From an uncultured delta proteobacterium (GTDB taxonomy: Bacteria; Myxococcota_A; Polyangia; Fen-1088): a stretch of 64,000 bases of DNA. The stretch is from NCBI GenBank assembly GCA_963737265.1, contig CAVTRY010000007.1, positions 96,001-160,000 of the forward strand. Direction: 5' to 3'. Numbering within the stretch: the stretch's first letter is position 1; each line of letters begins with the position of its first letter. The position numbers and the translations under genes were made by a program. The notes below the pieces were generated by a model. That model ran no database searches, had not been told where the DNA came from, and saw nothing but the letters and a program-made list of their open reading frames with translations. Shown one piece after another: positions 10,259 through 19,028 of this stretch.

Positions 10259-12103
10259 CTAGTCGGCCGGCACCACTGCGGGATCGGGTGCAGCGGGTGC
10301 ACCTGCGCCCGCTGGCGCCGTGGCGGGCGCCGTCGTGCCTTGACCTTCAGTTCCCGTTCCCGTCTCCGGAGCCCCGCCAGTCTGCGGCGCCTCTTCCGGA
10401 GTGCCGGTCCGACCACATTTGTTAAGCAGCTTGTAGCGATAGTACCCAAGCTCGTCGCGCCAATACTCGCCCGTGAAGGGCCAGAACTGGTGCTCGTCGT
10501 CGACGTTGATCTTGCTCAGTTCCTGTGCCTTGTGCGATCTGTCGTGGGCCGACTCGGTACGAACGTCTTCCTCGGCTTGCTTCTTCTCGCCCTCGAGGAT
10601 TTCGTAGCGAATCTTGTTCACGCGGGTATTCAGCGCCGCGAATTCGCTCACCAGACGCTCGATGCGCTTGCGCGCCAGTTCACCGGCCTCATTTACCATA
10701 AGGGCGCGGTTCACGCCGATGTCGGAAAAGATGTTGTTGGCGACCGCCGTCGACTTCCAGGCCACGTCGGCCTTATCGTGCGCGGCAAGCTCCTTGTCGA
10801 GCTCGCGCACGTACTCGAAACGCTTGGCCAAGCTGCGGTCGGTGAGAACCGCGCGCGCCGCACGCTCGACGATACCTGGCAGCCCAGACCGGCCCATGCG
10901 GATCTTCACGGCGGCGTCGAAGAACTGGGCGTTGTCCGGGTTGTTCTTGAGCACCTTGTCGAGGCCATCCTTGACCTTCGGCACCGTCTCCAGGAACTCG
11001 TCGATAGCATCGCTCGCCCGATCGAACAGGCAGTTGTAGAAGTAGATGGTTGCCTTGACCGTCAAGGCCTCCGCGGCCGATTCGGGCTTGATGAAATACT
11101 CGAAGAAGGGCGCGCGCAGCGTGTGGATATTGCCCAATGCCTTCGAGTAACCTTGCTGCTTTAGCATGAAGTTTGCCCACGACGACTCGAACAAGCTGTT
11201 CGGCCAGTCGTAGGATTCAGGCGAGACGCGATCGAAATACTTGGTGGCCAGGACGAATTGTCCGGTCGAGTAAAAGACGCGCGCCAACGACAAATTCGCC
11301 AGATCCTGGAAGGGACGAATCTTGGGATCCGAGCTTTCCTCGGCGACGCGCAAGACTTCCTTGAATGCATCCACCGCCGGCTTCGCCGCGTACTCGCGGA
11401 CGTGCGTCGCTCCCTCGAAGAGCTTGGCCTGAACATAGAAGGGGCTCTTCGGATTCACCGCATTGAACAGATCCACGGCCTCCTTGAACTTGTTCTTGCC
11501 ATAGTTGTACTTGCCAAGAAGGAAGTAGAGTTCGTCGCGCACGGTCGCCAGCTGGGGATTCTCCAACTCGGCCCGGTCGTACTTGCCAATCTTCTCGAGC
11601 ACACCGGCGGAGTCGGGCACGTCACGCGTTAGCGCGGCCAGCCACTGCAAGGTTTCGTTGTAGTTGGGGTGCGAAGCCCCTTTTTGGACGATGCGGTCGA
11701 AGTAGCTGATGGCCGTGGAGTAGAAATGGAGCTTGTACAGCGTCTTGCCCATCTTGAACTCAGCCGTCTGCTTGCTGACTTCATCGCTGCCTGGCTCCTC
11801 GATGGCCTTGTTGTATTCGACGGAAGCCATGAGGTAGTCCTTGCGGTCGTAAAACTTATCGCCGCGCTCGATGGAGTCGGAACCGCCACCGGCCGTCAGC
11901 GGAGCCGCGCTCGTCTTGTTCCTCCGCTTGCCTGGCGCTGCCGACGTTGCGGGAGAATCTGGTCCCGGCGTCAGGGCAGGCGTCTTCTTCTTCTTCCTTT
12001 TCGTCTGCTGCTGATCGTCCGGCTGCTGCGCGGTGGCAATGGGCGCGACTGCCATGGTGACTGCGAATACGAGGAACAGAGCGCAACCCTTTTCACGGCT
12101 CAT
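10259..12103 (-). CDS. gltC: Gliding motility protein GltC-like
   Basis: Signal peptide, TPRs and the characteristic C-terminal WPFTGEYWRDELGYY motif of the GltC/NfsC family. Confidence 0.85.
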   Translation of the reverse strand: MSREKGCALFLVFAVTMAVAPIATAQQPDDQQQTKRKKKKTPALTPGPDSPATSAAPGKRRNKTSAAPLTAGGGSDSIERGDKFYDRKDYLMASVEYNKAIEEPGSDEVSKQTAEFKMGKTLYKLHFYSTAISYFDRIVQKGASHPNYNETLQWLAALTRDVPDSAGVLEKIGKYDRAELENPQLATVRDELYFLLGKYNYGKNKFKEAVDLFNAVNPKSPFYVQAKLFEGATHVREYAAKPAVDAFKEVLRVAEESSDPKIRPFQDLANLSLARVFYSTGQFVLATKYFDRVSPESYDWPNSLFESSWANFMLKQQGYSKALGNIHTLRAPFFEYFIKPESAAEALTVKATIYFYNCLFDRASDAIDEFLETVPKVKDGLDKVLKNNPDNAQFFDAAVKIRMGRSGLPGIVERAARAVLTDRSLAKRFEYVRELDKELAAHDKADVAWKSTAVANNIFSDIGVNRALMVNEAGELARKRIERLVSEFAALNTRVNKIRYEILEGEKKQAEEDVRTESAHDRSHKAQELSKINVDDEHQFWPFTGEYWRDELGYYRYKLLNKCGRTGTPEEAPQTGGAPETGTGTEGQGTTAPATAPAGAGAPAAPDPAVVPAD

Positions 12104-12297
12104 GGATGGACCTCACTCGGTGGCGCCCGCCTGGCGGAGACTCGGCGGGCAAATGATGAAATGGCCTGCAAATTCCAACTCGGTTTCGCCTACCTGAACG
12201 CACAATTCGAAATAGATAGACATTCACGAACCGCCCGCCCGGTTTACTGCCGGAAGAGCGGCACATAAGCGTCGCCGATAGGCTATAAATCCGAGCC

Positions 12298-12326
12298 ATC
12301 CTAGGCAGGGCGATCTGCTGTGTCAA
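12298..12326 (-). promoter_or_regulatory. Sigma70-type promoter for the gltC operon
   Basis: Minus strand TTGACA-17 nt-TAGGAT. Confidence 0.6.
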
Positions 12327-12408
12327 GCGAGAACCGTCCTGGAAGCTAGGTCTCTAACTTCGCGGATCCGCGGGGCAAAACGATACTGCATTACCATGCG
12401 ATTCCCTG

Positions 12409-12436
12409 TTGACAGGGTGCTTCGCCTGGCTAAGAT
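12409..12436 (+). promoter_or_regulatory. Sigma70-type promoter for the cglC-like gene
   Basis: TTGACA-16 nt-TAAGAT; the -35 lies inside the palindrome CCCTGT-TG-ACAGGG. Confidence 0.55.
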
Positions 12437-12503
12437 GGGCGCCTTGGCGCCTAGCCCCGCTTGCAATCTGTTCGCGGCTTAGCCGGACGGAAGGAGTCAT
12501 TTG

Positions 12504-12992
12504 ATGAGCCAGAATCTGTGTGCCAAAACCTACATCCTGCGACCCATTGTCGTGCGGCTATCCCTATTCGGAACGTTGGCTTTGGCAGTCGTGGCGTTAG
12601 GAAACACTGGCTGCGAGGACAAGGCCATCGGGCGCCCCTGTGACCTTTTCACAGGTGATGCCGGCCTCACGCCATCTCAGGCACTCTACAACCCCCAGGC
12701 CCTGGAGTGCCCGAGCCGAATCTGCGTCAAGCCCGTTGCGCAGTCGACGACCGTCGACACCACGGCGCTATGCTCGGCCCCTTGCTCGCAGGACAGCGAT
12801 TGCGGCGGAGGTCAAACGCGTGACAACACCAACCAGTACGACAAGCGCTGCATCTCTGGTTTCGCATGCGCGATTCCGTTCATCACGGGCCCCATCTGCT
12901 GCCAGAAACTGTGCGTGTGCAAGGATTTCTATGGGTCTAGCATCACGACCCCGCCTGCCTGCCTGGGTGCCGGAGCTTCGACCTGCCAGTAG
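12504..12992 (+). CDS. cglC: Cys-rich lipoprotein, CglC/GltK-like
   Basis: AAGGAG SD; lipobox NTGC; IGRPC...ALECPSRIC...LCSAPCSQDSDC...FACAIPF...CCQKLCVC, 14 Cys after the lipid Cys; divergent from gltC. Confidence 0.65.
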   Translation: MSQNLCAKTYILRPIVVRLSLFGTLALAVVALGNTGCEDKAIGRPCDLFTGDAGLTPSQALYNPQALECPSRICVKPVAQSTTVDTTALCSAPCSQDSDCGGGQTRDNTNQYDKRCISGFACAIPFITGPICCQKLCVCKDFYGSSITTPPACLGAGASTCQ

Positions 12993-13035
12993 AAGCGTCG
13001 TATTTCAGATAGCTTGACGGCAGACGCCGCCTTTG

Positions 13036-13425
13036 ATGCCTGGTCGTGTGCTTACCAAGAAGTTGGCGCTTGGACAGCGAGCCGAGCGGCTGGCCGCCGA
13101 CTATCTGGAACGGCGGGGCTATTCCATCCTCGCCCGCAATTGGCGTCGACCCGAAGGCGAGCTCGACTTGGTGGTCGGCAGCGAAGAGCTGTGCGTCTTC
13201 GTGGAGGTGCGCTCGCGCACCGGCGTGGACCGAGGTCATCCGCTGGAAACGATCGATGCGCGCAAGCGCGCCCGGGTTGTGCGGGCCGCAAGAATGTATC
13301 TAGATCAAGGAAACTCGTCGGCGCCGGTGTTCCGATTCGACGTCGTCTCGGTGACCTTCGCGCTCGACGAAAGCGCCCCCGAGATCATCCACGTCGAAGA
13401 CGCATTTCAGGCGGGATCGGCCTGA
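13036..13425 (+). CDS. yraN: YraN family (UPF0102) endonuclease-like protein
   Basis: LGQRAERLAADYLERRGYSILARNWR...GELDLV...FVEVRSR...RFDVV. Confidence 0.9.
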   Translation: MPGRVLTKKLALGQRAERLAADYLERRGYSILARNWRRPEGELDLVVGSEELCVFVEVRSRTGVDRGHPLETIDARKRARVVRAARMYLDQGNSSAPVFRFDVVSVTFALDESAPEIIHVEDAFQAGSA

Positions 13426-13584
13426 AGACGTGTCCATCAATCGCTCCCGTCGCCCGTCCGGCTGCGCAGCCCGCCCGCTTCGTGTCTCCTCGCTTACATA
13501 GCCCGCGCCATGCGCGCTCGTCGCGCCTCGCGGGCGGGCTTGCTCGCTCGGCCGGGGCTCGGTCTGCGGTTGATAGACACGTCT
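13426..13584. mobile_element. 159-bp MITE-like element
   Basis: TIRs AGACGTGTCCATCAA / TTGATAGACACGTCT (14/15 match), flanked by direct TGA (13423-25, the yraN stop; and 13585-87); no ORF; GC-rich self-complementary interior. Confidence 0.8.
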
Positions 13585-13594
13585 TGAGCGAGCA

Positions 13595-13999
13595 CTAAAC
13601 GGGAACGACAGCCGGCGCGGGTGGCACGGGCGTCTCGACGGCGGTTTGGCTGCGCTCGCCTTTAATGCGGGCAGCCTTACCCTGCAGATTGCGCAAGTAG
13701 TTCAGACGCGCGCGACGGACGCGTCCCCGTTGCACGATCTCGATCTTCTCAATCCGGCTCGACTGAAGGGGAAAAATGCGCTCGACGCCAACGCCGTAGG
13801 AAACCTTGCGCACCGTGAACGATGCCAGCGAGGATCCGCTCCGCCTGTCGATCACCACGCCCTCGAAAATCTGGACGCGCTCCTTGTCGCCTTCCTTGAT
13901 AAGCGTGTGCACCTTGACGCTGTCGCCGGAGCGAAACTCCGGGATGTTGTCACGGCGGAACGAACTTTCGATTTCTCGGATTAGGGGGTGGGTGCTCAT
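13595..13999 (-). CDS. rplS: 50S ribosomal protein L19
   Basis: [30 protein letters not shown]...[17 protein letters not shown]...[12 protein letters not shown]. Confidence 0.98.
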   Translation of the reverse strand: MSTHPLIREIESSFRRDNIPEFRSGDSVKVHTLIKEGDKERVQIFEGVVIDRRSGSSLASFTVRKVSYGVGVERIFPLQSSRIEKIEIVQRGRVRRARLNYLRNLQGKAARIKGERSQTAVETPVPPAPAVVPV

Positions 14000-14026
14000 G
14001 GTGCCGCTCTTCGATGAAGGGGGTAC

Positions 14027-14055
14027 TTACTACGCGGAAGGCGGCCCTTAGTCAA
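14027..14055 (-). promoter_or_regulatory. Sigma70-like internal promoter for rplS
   Basis: Minus strand TTGACT-17 nt-TAGTAA. Confidence 0.45.
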
Positions 14056-14111
14056 TATGGACCGACAAGTTTACGCATCTTTGCGCCCAGACCGCGTACC
14101 TGCTTCGGCGC

Positions 14112-14918
14112 TCAACCTTGCGAATACGGCTTGCCCCGCGGCTTAGCCTTACCCTTTGCGCGGTCGCCGTCGAGCAGGTATTTTTCCTCCTCGGTCAGCG
14201 GAGAGCGCGCGTAGAGATCCGGCCTGCGCATGCCGGTCCTGCGCAACGCCTCCACCCGGCGAAAGCGGGCGACTTGAGCGTGATTTCCCGACAAGAGGAC
14301 CTCGGGAACATCCCTACCGCGAAAGGATGGCGGCCGCGTCCACTGCGGATATTCGAGGCGCCCGGTCGAGAACGACTCATCCACGGTGGACGCCTCGCAC
14401 CCGAGCACGCCTGGTACCAGGCGCGCCGTAGCTTCGACTACGACCGCGGCCGCCATCTCCCCGCCGGCAAGCACATAGTCGCCGATGCTGACGACCTCGT
14501 CGGCGAAGAGATCGGCAATCCGCTCGTCCACGCCCTCATAACGTCCGCAGATCAGCATCAGTCGTCCGCGGCGGGCAAAATCCACGGCCAGCGCCTGATC
14601 GAACAGTCTCCCCGATGGCGACAACAACACGCGATAGGCTCTCCCGCGCGCGGCTTCAGCCGCCTCGATGGCTGCCGCGACCGGCTCGGGACGCAGCACC
14701 ATGCCCGGGCCGCCGCCATAGCATGCATCGTCCACCTTGCGATGTCGGCCTTGGGCGAAATCCCGCGGGCTCGTGCGCGTCACCCGAACGATGCCGCTTT
14801 CAACCGCCTTGCCGAGCAAGCTCGTGCACAGAAATGAAGCGAATATCTCCGGGAACAGCGAAACGATCTCCACGTCAAGGAGCGGTGTGGGCGAAAAAGG
14901 AGCGTCCTTCTCACTCAT
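14112..14918 (-). CDS. trmD: tRNA (guanine-N1)-methyltransferase
   Basis: SLFPE, HRKVDDACYGGGPGMV, LICGRYEGVDER, SIGDYVLAGGE, LEYPQWTRP. Confidence 0.97.
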   Translation of the reverse strand: MSEKDAPFSPTPLLDVEIVSLFPEIFASFLCTSLLGKAVESGIVRVTRTSPRDFAQGRHRKVDDACYGGGPGMVLRPEPVAAAIEAAEAARGRAYRVLLSPSGRLFDQALAVDFARRGRLMLICGRYEGVDERIADLFADEVVSIGDYVLAGGEMAAAVVVEATARLVPGVLGCEASTVDESFSTGRLEYPQWTRPPSFRGRDVPEVLLSGNHAQVARFRRVEALRRTGMRRPDLYARSPLTEEEKYLLDGDRAKGKAKPRGKPYSQG

Positions 14919-15444
14919 CCGCATCCAAGACCAGACGACGATTCACGACTTCAAAATGACGAATATACTGCGCCACCGCCGGCACCAGCCGCTCGGTGCC
15001 GTCATCGGCGACAATCGTCATGACGTCGTGAGCTCCATTCCAGAAAGTACTGACCACTCGGCCCAGCCGCCGTCCATCCGGAAGAAAGACGTCGCAGCCC
15101 GCCAAGTCCTCCACAAAAAATTCAGCTTCGCCTAGCGGGCCGAAAAGCGACCTCGGCAAGTGAAGCTGGCGGCCGACCATCGCCGCGACCGATTCGCGGG
15201 ATTCCGCACCCGCGAATCGAACCAGAAATCCTCCGTGCACCGGCCTTATGGCGACGATGTCGGCCGCCGCGCACTCCTCGGCCCTCACCACTTGCACTGG
15301 GAGCGGAAGAGCCCATGCCACGGTTCCCGCGCCCTTTTGGTTGAACGGGCAAAGGAGGATCTCGCCCTTCGTCCCGTGGGGACGTCCGAGAGTACCAAAG
15401 GGCAGCCAACCCGATCCCATGCGGTGAAACGCTGGGCTCGCCAC
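14911..15444 (-). CDS. rimM: 16S rRNA processing protein RimM
   Basis: GTLGRPHGTKGE, EFFVEDLAGCDV, GAHDVM, LVPAV; operon context. Confidence 0.93.
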   Translation of the reverse strand: MASPAFHRMGSGWLPFGTLGRPHGTKGEILLCPFNQKGAGTVAWALPLPVQVVRAEECAAADIVAIRPVHGGFLVRFAGAESRESVAAMVGRQLHLPRSLFGPLGEAEFFVEDLAGCDVFLPDGRRLGRVVSTFWNGAHDVMTIVADDGTERLVPAVAQYIRHFEVVNRRLVLDADE

Positions 15445-15456
15445 GTTGGCCGAATA

Positions 15457-15744
15457 CTAGTCCTCGAGAATTTCGAGGATCGCCCGTCGCTGCATCTTGG
15501 CGGAAGCCGCCGAGAGCACGGTCCGCAGGGCCTTCGCCGTGCGCCCTTGGCGACCGATGACACGCCCAAGATCGGATTCCGCAACCTTGAGCTCGAACAC
15601 CGTCGCATCAGGTTCTTCCACCTCTTCAACCACCACCTCGTCGGGATGTTCCACCAGCGCGCGCGCAAGGTAGAGAACGAGCTCGCGCAAGGCCGGCGCC
15701 TTGCCGGACGGTGCGATGGAGGGGGATGGATCGCCCTCAGTCAC
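15457..15744 (-). CDS. khpA: KH-domain RNA-binding protein KhpA
   Basis: LARALVEHPDEV...DLGRVIGRQGRTAKALRT; between rpsP and rimM. Confidence 0.92.
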   Translation of the reverse strand: MTEGDPSPSIAPSGKAPALRELVLYLARALVEHPDEVVVEEVEEPDATVFELKVAESDLGRVIGRQGRTAKALRTVLSAASAKMQRRAILEILED

Positions 15745-15748
15745 GGCA

Positions 15749-16015
15749 TCACGGCTTGGCTGGAGCGGCTTCGGCGGAACGCCGAGCCTTCTTGATTAAC
15801 TGACCAACGGTTTCACTCGGCACCGCGCCGGAGGCAAGCCAGTGATCCAGTCTCGCAAGGTCGAATTTGACCTTGGGTGGGTCCTGTCTTGGATCGTACG
15901 TGCCAATTTGTTCGATCAGCCGGCCATCGCGCGGACTTCGTTCATCAGCGGCAACAACGCGGTAGTGGGGAGACTTCTTGCCTCCGCAACGGGTGAGTCT
16001 TAGTGTGACGGCCAT
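15749..16015 (-). CDS. rpsP: 30S ribosomal protein S16
   Basis: MAVTLRLTRCGGKKSPHYRVVAADERSPRDGRLIEQIGTYDP. Confidence 0.98.
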   Translation of the reverse strand: MAVTLRLTRCGGKKSPHYRVVAADERSPRDGRLIEQIGTYDPRQDPPKVKFDLARLDHWLASGAVPSETVGQLIKKARRSAEAAPAKP

Positions 16016-16201
16016 GATCTGAATTCCTTGTCAGCTCGTCGTGAGCCAGCGGGTGAGAGTGATAATAACGCAGTTAATTGTCAAGACGAAGGTGCTTATT
16101 TCTGGAAAGTACGATTTCCGCGACCCTGCTGCCCGTGCGCGTCGCATCGCGATTCATGGTTTAGACAGATGCGACTGAATGTGGGAGTTTTGCTCGCGCC
16201 G

Positions 16202-17884
16202 ATGCGTAAGTCCCATTGTCGCATATTATTGTCGATATTGCCCGTGCTTCTGGCCGGCTACGCGGGCGCGCGCGCCGAGCCGACCGAGCGTCGCGCGGTG
16301 ATCTTCTACACCGCGGAAACCCACGGGGTTCTCGAACCTTGCGGCTGCACCAGCGACCCGCTGGGCGATTTCGCCCGCGTGACCGCTCTGATTCGTAGTG
16401 CTGCCGGACGCAAGAAATCCGCCTTGTTGGTCGACGCGGGGAACCTGACCTACCCGAGGTCCAGCCTCGAAGCAACTGCCGCCGAGGCCTGGGCGTCGGA
16501 GCGAAGACAGCCGGCGGCGGAGCTGCAAGCGAAGTTCATCGCACGCGAGATCGGCAAACTTCCCTTCGGTGGCGCTGCCCTCGGCGAAACCGATCTTGCC
16601 AGGGGCGTTACAGGGGTCGAACCCAAGCGCCTGGCCGCAAATCTGACAAACGCATCCCTGACCGAGCCTTCGCGCGTGGTCGAGGTAGGAGCCATCAAAA
16701 TCGGCGTGCTCGGCGTCGTGGATCCCAATCTCGCACGTGCCATGGGCCTTGCAGCGACGGAGCCCGTCGCGGCGGCACGGGACGAAGTGGCACGATTGCG
16801 GGCCGCGGGAGCCGAACTGGTCGTCCTGCTCGCCCCGGTCGAAAGGCAGGTCGCCCGTCGTTTCGCTCGTTACGTGGGCGCCGATGTCGTGGTGGTCGGC
16901 AAGAAGGTCGGCGACGGCATGGCCACCGCCGAGCGCGTGGGAGCTGCGATTCTCGTCGCGCCCGGCGAAGAATTGCAGCGCGTGGGCCGTCTGGAAATCG
17001 TCCTGCGCAGCAAGGCACGTCGCACGCCCAGCGACAACCTCGTCGATGCTGGAAGCGCGGAGCAAGCGAATGCACGCATGGCGGAGCTCGACCGCAACCT
17101 CGCCCAGCTTGAAGCCGACCTCGCGCGCTGGCGCAAGGACGCGAGTTCGGATCAGGCCTTCATCTCAGCCAAGGTCCGCCAGCGCGACGAGCTTCGCAGC
17201 GAGCGTGTCCGGCTTGGCGAAAGAAAATGGCGGCCGCCCGCCACCGGCTCGTATTTCACCAACGTACTCATCCCGATTCGGCGCGCCCTGCCGCGCGATC
17301 CAGCCCTGTCCGCCAGCATGCGCCGTCTCGATCAAGCGATCGGCGCGGCCAATCTTCGCGTGGCCGAGCCGCCGACGCCGGCCGGAGCTGACCGCGCCTT
17401 CTATGTGGGCGGGGAAAAGTGCGTCTCGTGTCACAAGGCGGCGGCTCGTTTCTGGAAAAATACCGTCCACGCCCACGCCTGGAAAACCCTGGTCGACGTC
17501 GGCAAAGAGGCGCACGACGACTGCGTGAGCTGTCACGTGACCGGCTACGGCGAGGTGGGCGGATCGAGCCTCGGCTTCACCCACGGGCTGGAAGACATCC
17601 AGTGCGAGGTCTGCCACGGACCTGGCTCGATCCACCTCGACAATCACGGCAAGGAAACTCCCTTCGCCGGGCGCCTAAAGACGCCTGAGTCGGTCTGCCT
17701 TCACTGCCACAACGAAAAACACTCCGACACGTTCGACTACACCGCCTACCTGCGCGACGTCCTCGGGCCCGGCCACGGCGAGGATGCGCGCGACAAGCTG
17801 GGCGCTGGCCCGACCGGCAAAGAGCTGCGCCGAGTGGCCCGGACGCACGCCCGCGCGGCTTCGAACGCCCGCGGCAGACGCTAA
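16202..17884 (+). CDS. Secreted UshA/5'-nucleotidase-like domain fused to a tetraheme cytochrome c (c554-like)
   Basis: Signal peptide; IFYTAETHGVLEPCGC and LLVDAGN metallophosphoesterase-like motifs; coiled coil; YVGGEKCVSCH, CVSCH, CEVCH, CLHCH. Start uncertain (16169 or 16202). Confidence 0.8.
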   Translation: MRKSHCRILLSILPVLLAGYAGARAEPTERRAVIFYTAETHGVLEPCGCTSDPLGDFARVTALIRSAAGRKKSALLVDAGNLTYPRSSLEATAAEAWASERRQPAAELQAKFIAREIGKLPFGGAALGETDLARGVTGVEPKRLAANLTNASLTEPSRVVEVGAIKIGVLGVVDPNLARAMGLAATEPVAAARDEVARLRAAGAELVVLLAPVERQVARRFARYVGADVVVVGKKVGDGMATAERVGAAILVAPGEELQRVGRLEIVLRSKARRTPSDNLVDAGSAEQANARMAELDRNLAQLEADLARWRKDASSDQAFISAKVRQRDELRSERVRLGERKWRPPATGSYFTNVLIPIRRALPRDPALSASMRRLDQAIGAANLRVAEPPTPAGADRAFYVGGEKCVSCHKAAARFWKNTVHAHAWKTLVDVGKEAHDDCVSCHVTGYGEVGGSSLGFTHGLEDIQCEVCHGPGSIHLDNHGKETPFAGRLKTPESVCLHCHNEKHSDTFDYTAYLRDVLGPGHGEDARDKLGAGPTGKELRRVARTHARAASNARGRR

Positions 17885-17936
17885 CGCCGCCGGCGAGCCG
17901 TAGCGTTCGCGACCCCGCGCTGGTAGATCCAGGGCC

Positions 17937-19022
17937 ATGCTAGATGTATCCATCGACCGCTTGGTTCGCGGCGGCCAAGTCGAAGGAAGTCGCGCGGCAC
18001 GGACGACGTGGCTATGGGACGAGATCCGCCGCATCAAGAAGGAAAAGCGCGCCTTCGTTCCAGCCCACAACTACCAGGTGCCCGAGGTGCAGGCGATCGC
18101 CGACACCGTCGGCGACTCCTTCGAGCTTGCGGTTCGCGCGCGCGATGTCGACGCGAACCTAGTCGTGTTCTGCGGCGTCCGTTTCATGGCCGAGGGCTGC
18201 TACACCCTCGCGCCGCATTTGCCGGTCTACCTGCCGAGCCAGCGCGCGCTCTGCTCGCTGGCCGATGTGGATTCGAGCGAGCTCGAAGAGCGGCAGGACT
18301 TTCTGCGCAGCCTTGGCCGCAAGTTCGCCACCATGACCTACGTCAACACCTACGCCGACGTGAAGGCGCTCTCCGACGCCTGTTGCACGAGCTCGAACGC
18401 GGTGAAAATCGCCGAAAAGCTAGGCGCCCCCGATATTCTCTTCGTGCCGGACCAAAACCTCGCCTACCAGGTTGCCATCAAGACCAAGCGCATGTACCTG
18501 CCACCGCCCGATCCGCACGCGTTTCATCCCAAGGAATACCTCGAACGCATCGAACCGCTGCTGCGCGAAGGGCAACGGCAGGGCTTGGTCGGCAACGTGT
18601 TTGCCTGGGAAGGGGCGTGCCACGTGCATCACGCCATGACCGTCGCCGACATCGCGGCCATCCGCCGCGAGGATCCGCTGGCCGTGGTCATCGTGCATGG
18701 CGAGGTGAAACCCGAGCTGCAGAAGGCCGCCGACGAAGTGATGTCCACCTCTCAGATGGCGAAATACGTCGAGGCCCATCCGGAAAAAACGCGCCTGGCG
18801 ATTCTGACCGAGTGCGGGCTGGTGGTGCGCCTGGAGCTGGAATACCCGGAGAAACAGTTCTACAAGCCATGCCGCCTGTGCGAGCACATGAAGGCCATCG
18901 ACTTGGAAAATGTCTACCTGACCCTGCGCGACGAGCCGGCCGAATGCCGTGTCACCGTTCCCGAAGATGTCCGCGTGGGTGCCGCGCGCGCCATGATGAG
19001 AATGATCGAGCTCGCCTCGTAG
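17937..19022 (+). CDS. nadA: Quinolinate synthase A
   Basis: AHNYQVPEVQ.IAD.VGDS, FCGVRFMAE, CSLA, YVNT, CCTSSNA, CHVH, CEHMK. Confidence 0.95.
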   Translation: MLDVSIDRLVRGGQVEGSRAARTTWLWDEIRRIKKEKRAFVPAHNYQVPEVQAIADTVGDSFELAVRARDVDANLVVFCGVRFMAEGCYTLAPHLPVYLPSQRALCSLADVDSSELEERQDFLRSLGRKFATMTYVNTYADVKALSDACCTSSNAVKIAEKLGAPDILFVPDQNLAYQVAIKTKRMYLPPPDPHAFHPKEYLERIEPLLREGQRQGLVGNVFAWEGACHVHHAMTVADIAAIRREDPLAVVIVHGEVKPELQKAADEVMSTSQMAKYVEAHPEKTRLAILTECGLVVRLELEYPEKQFYKPCRLCEHMKAIDLENVYLTLRDEPAECRVTVPEDVRVGAARAMMRMIELAS

Positions 19023-19028
19023 AAGCGA

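Noticed and set aside
10219-10449. N-terminal extension of gltD given by the ORF track
   Set aside because: Overlaps the gltC 3' end by 190 bp; a signal peptide begins at ATG 10218.
2305-11164. Long plus-strand ORFs (503, 480, 600, 654, 409 aa) antisense to the glt genes
   Set aside because: Shadow frames caused by high GC3 codon bias; no motifs or SD, and fully overlapping well-supported genes.
16330-16350. Selenocysteine recoding in the LEPCGC motif
   Set aside because: Codons are TGC GGC TGC; no in-frame TGA.
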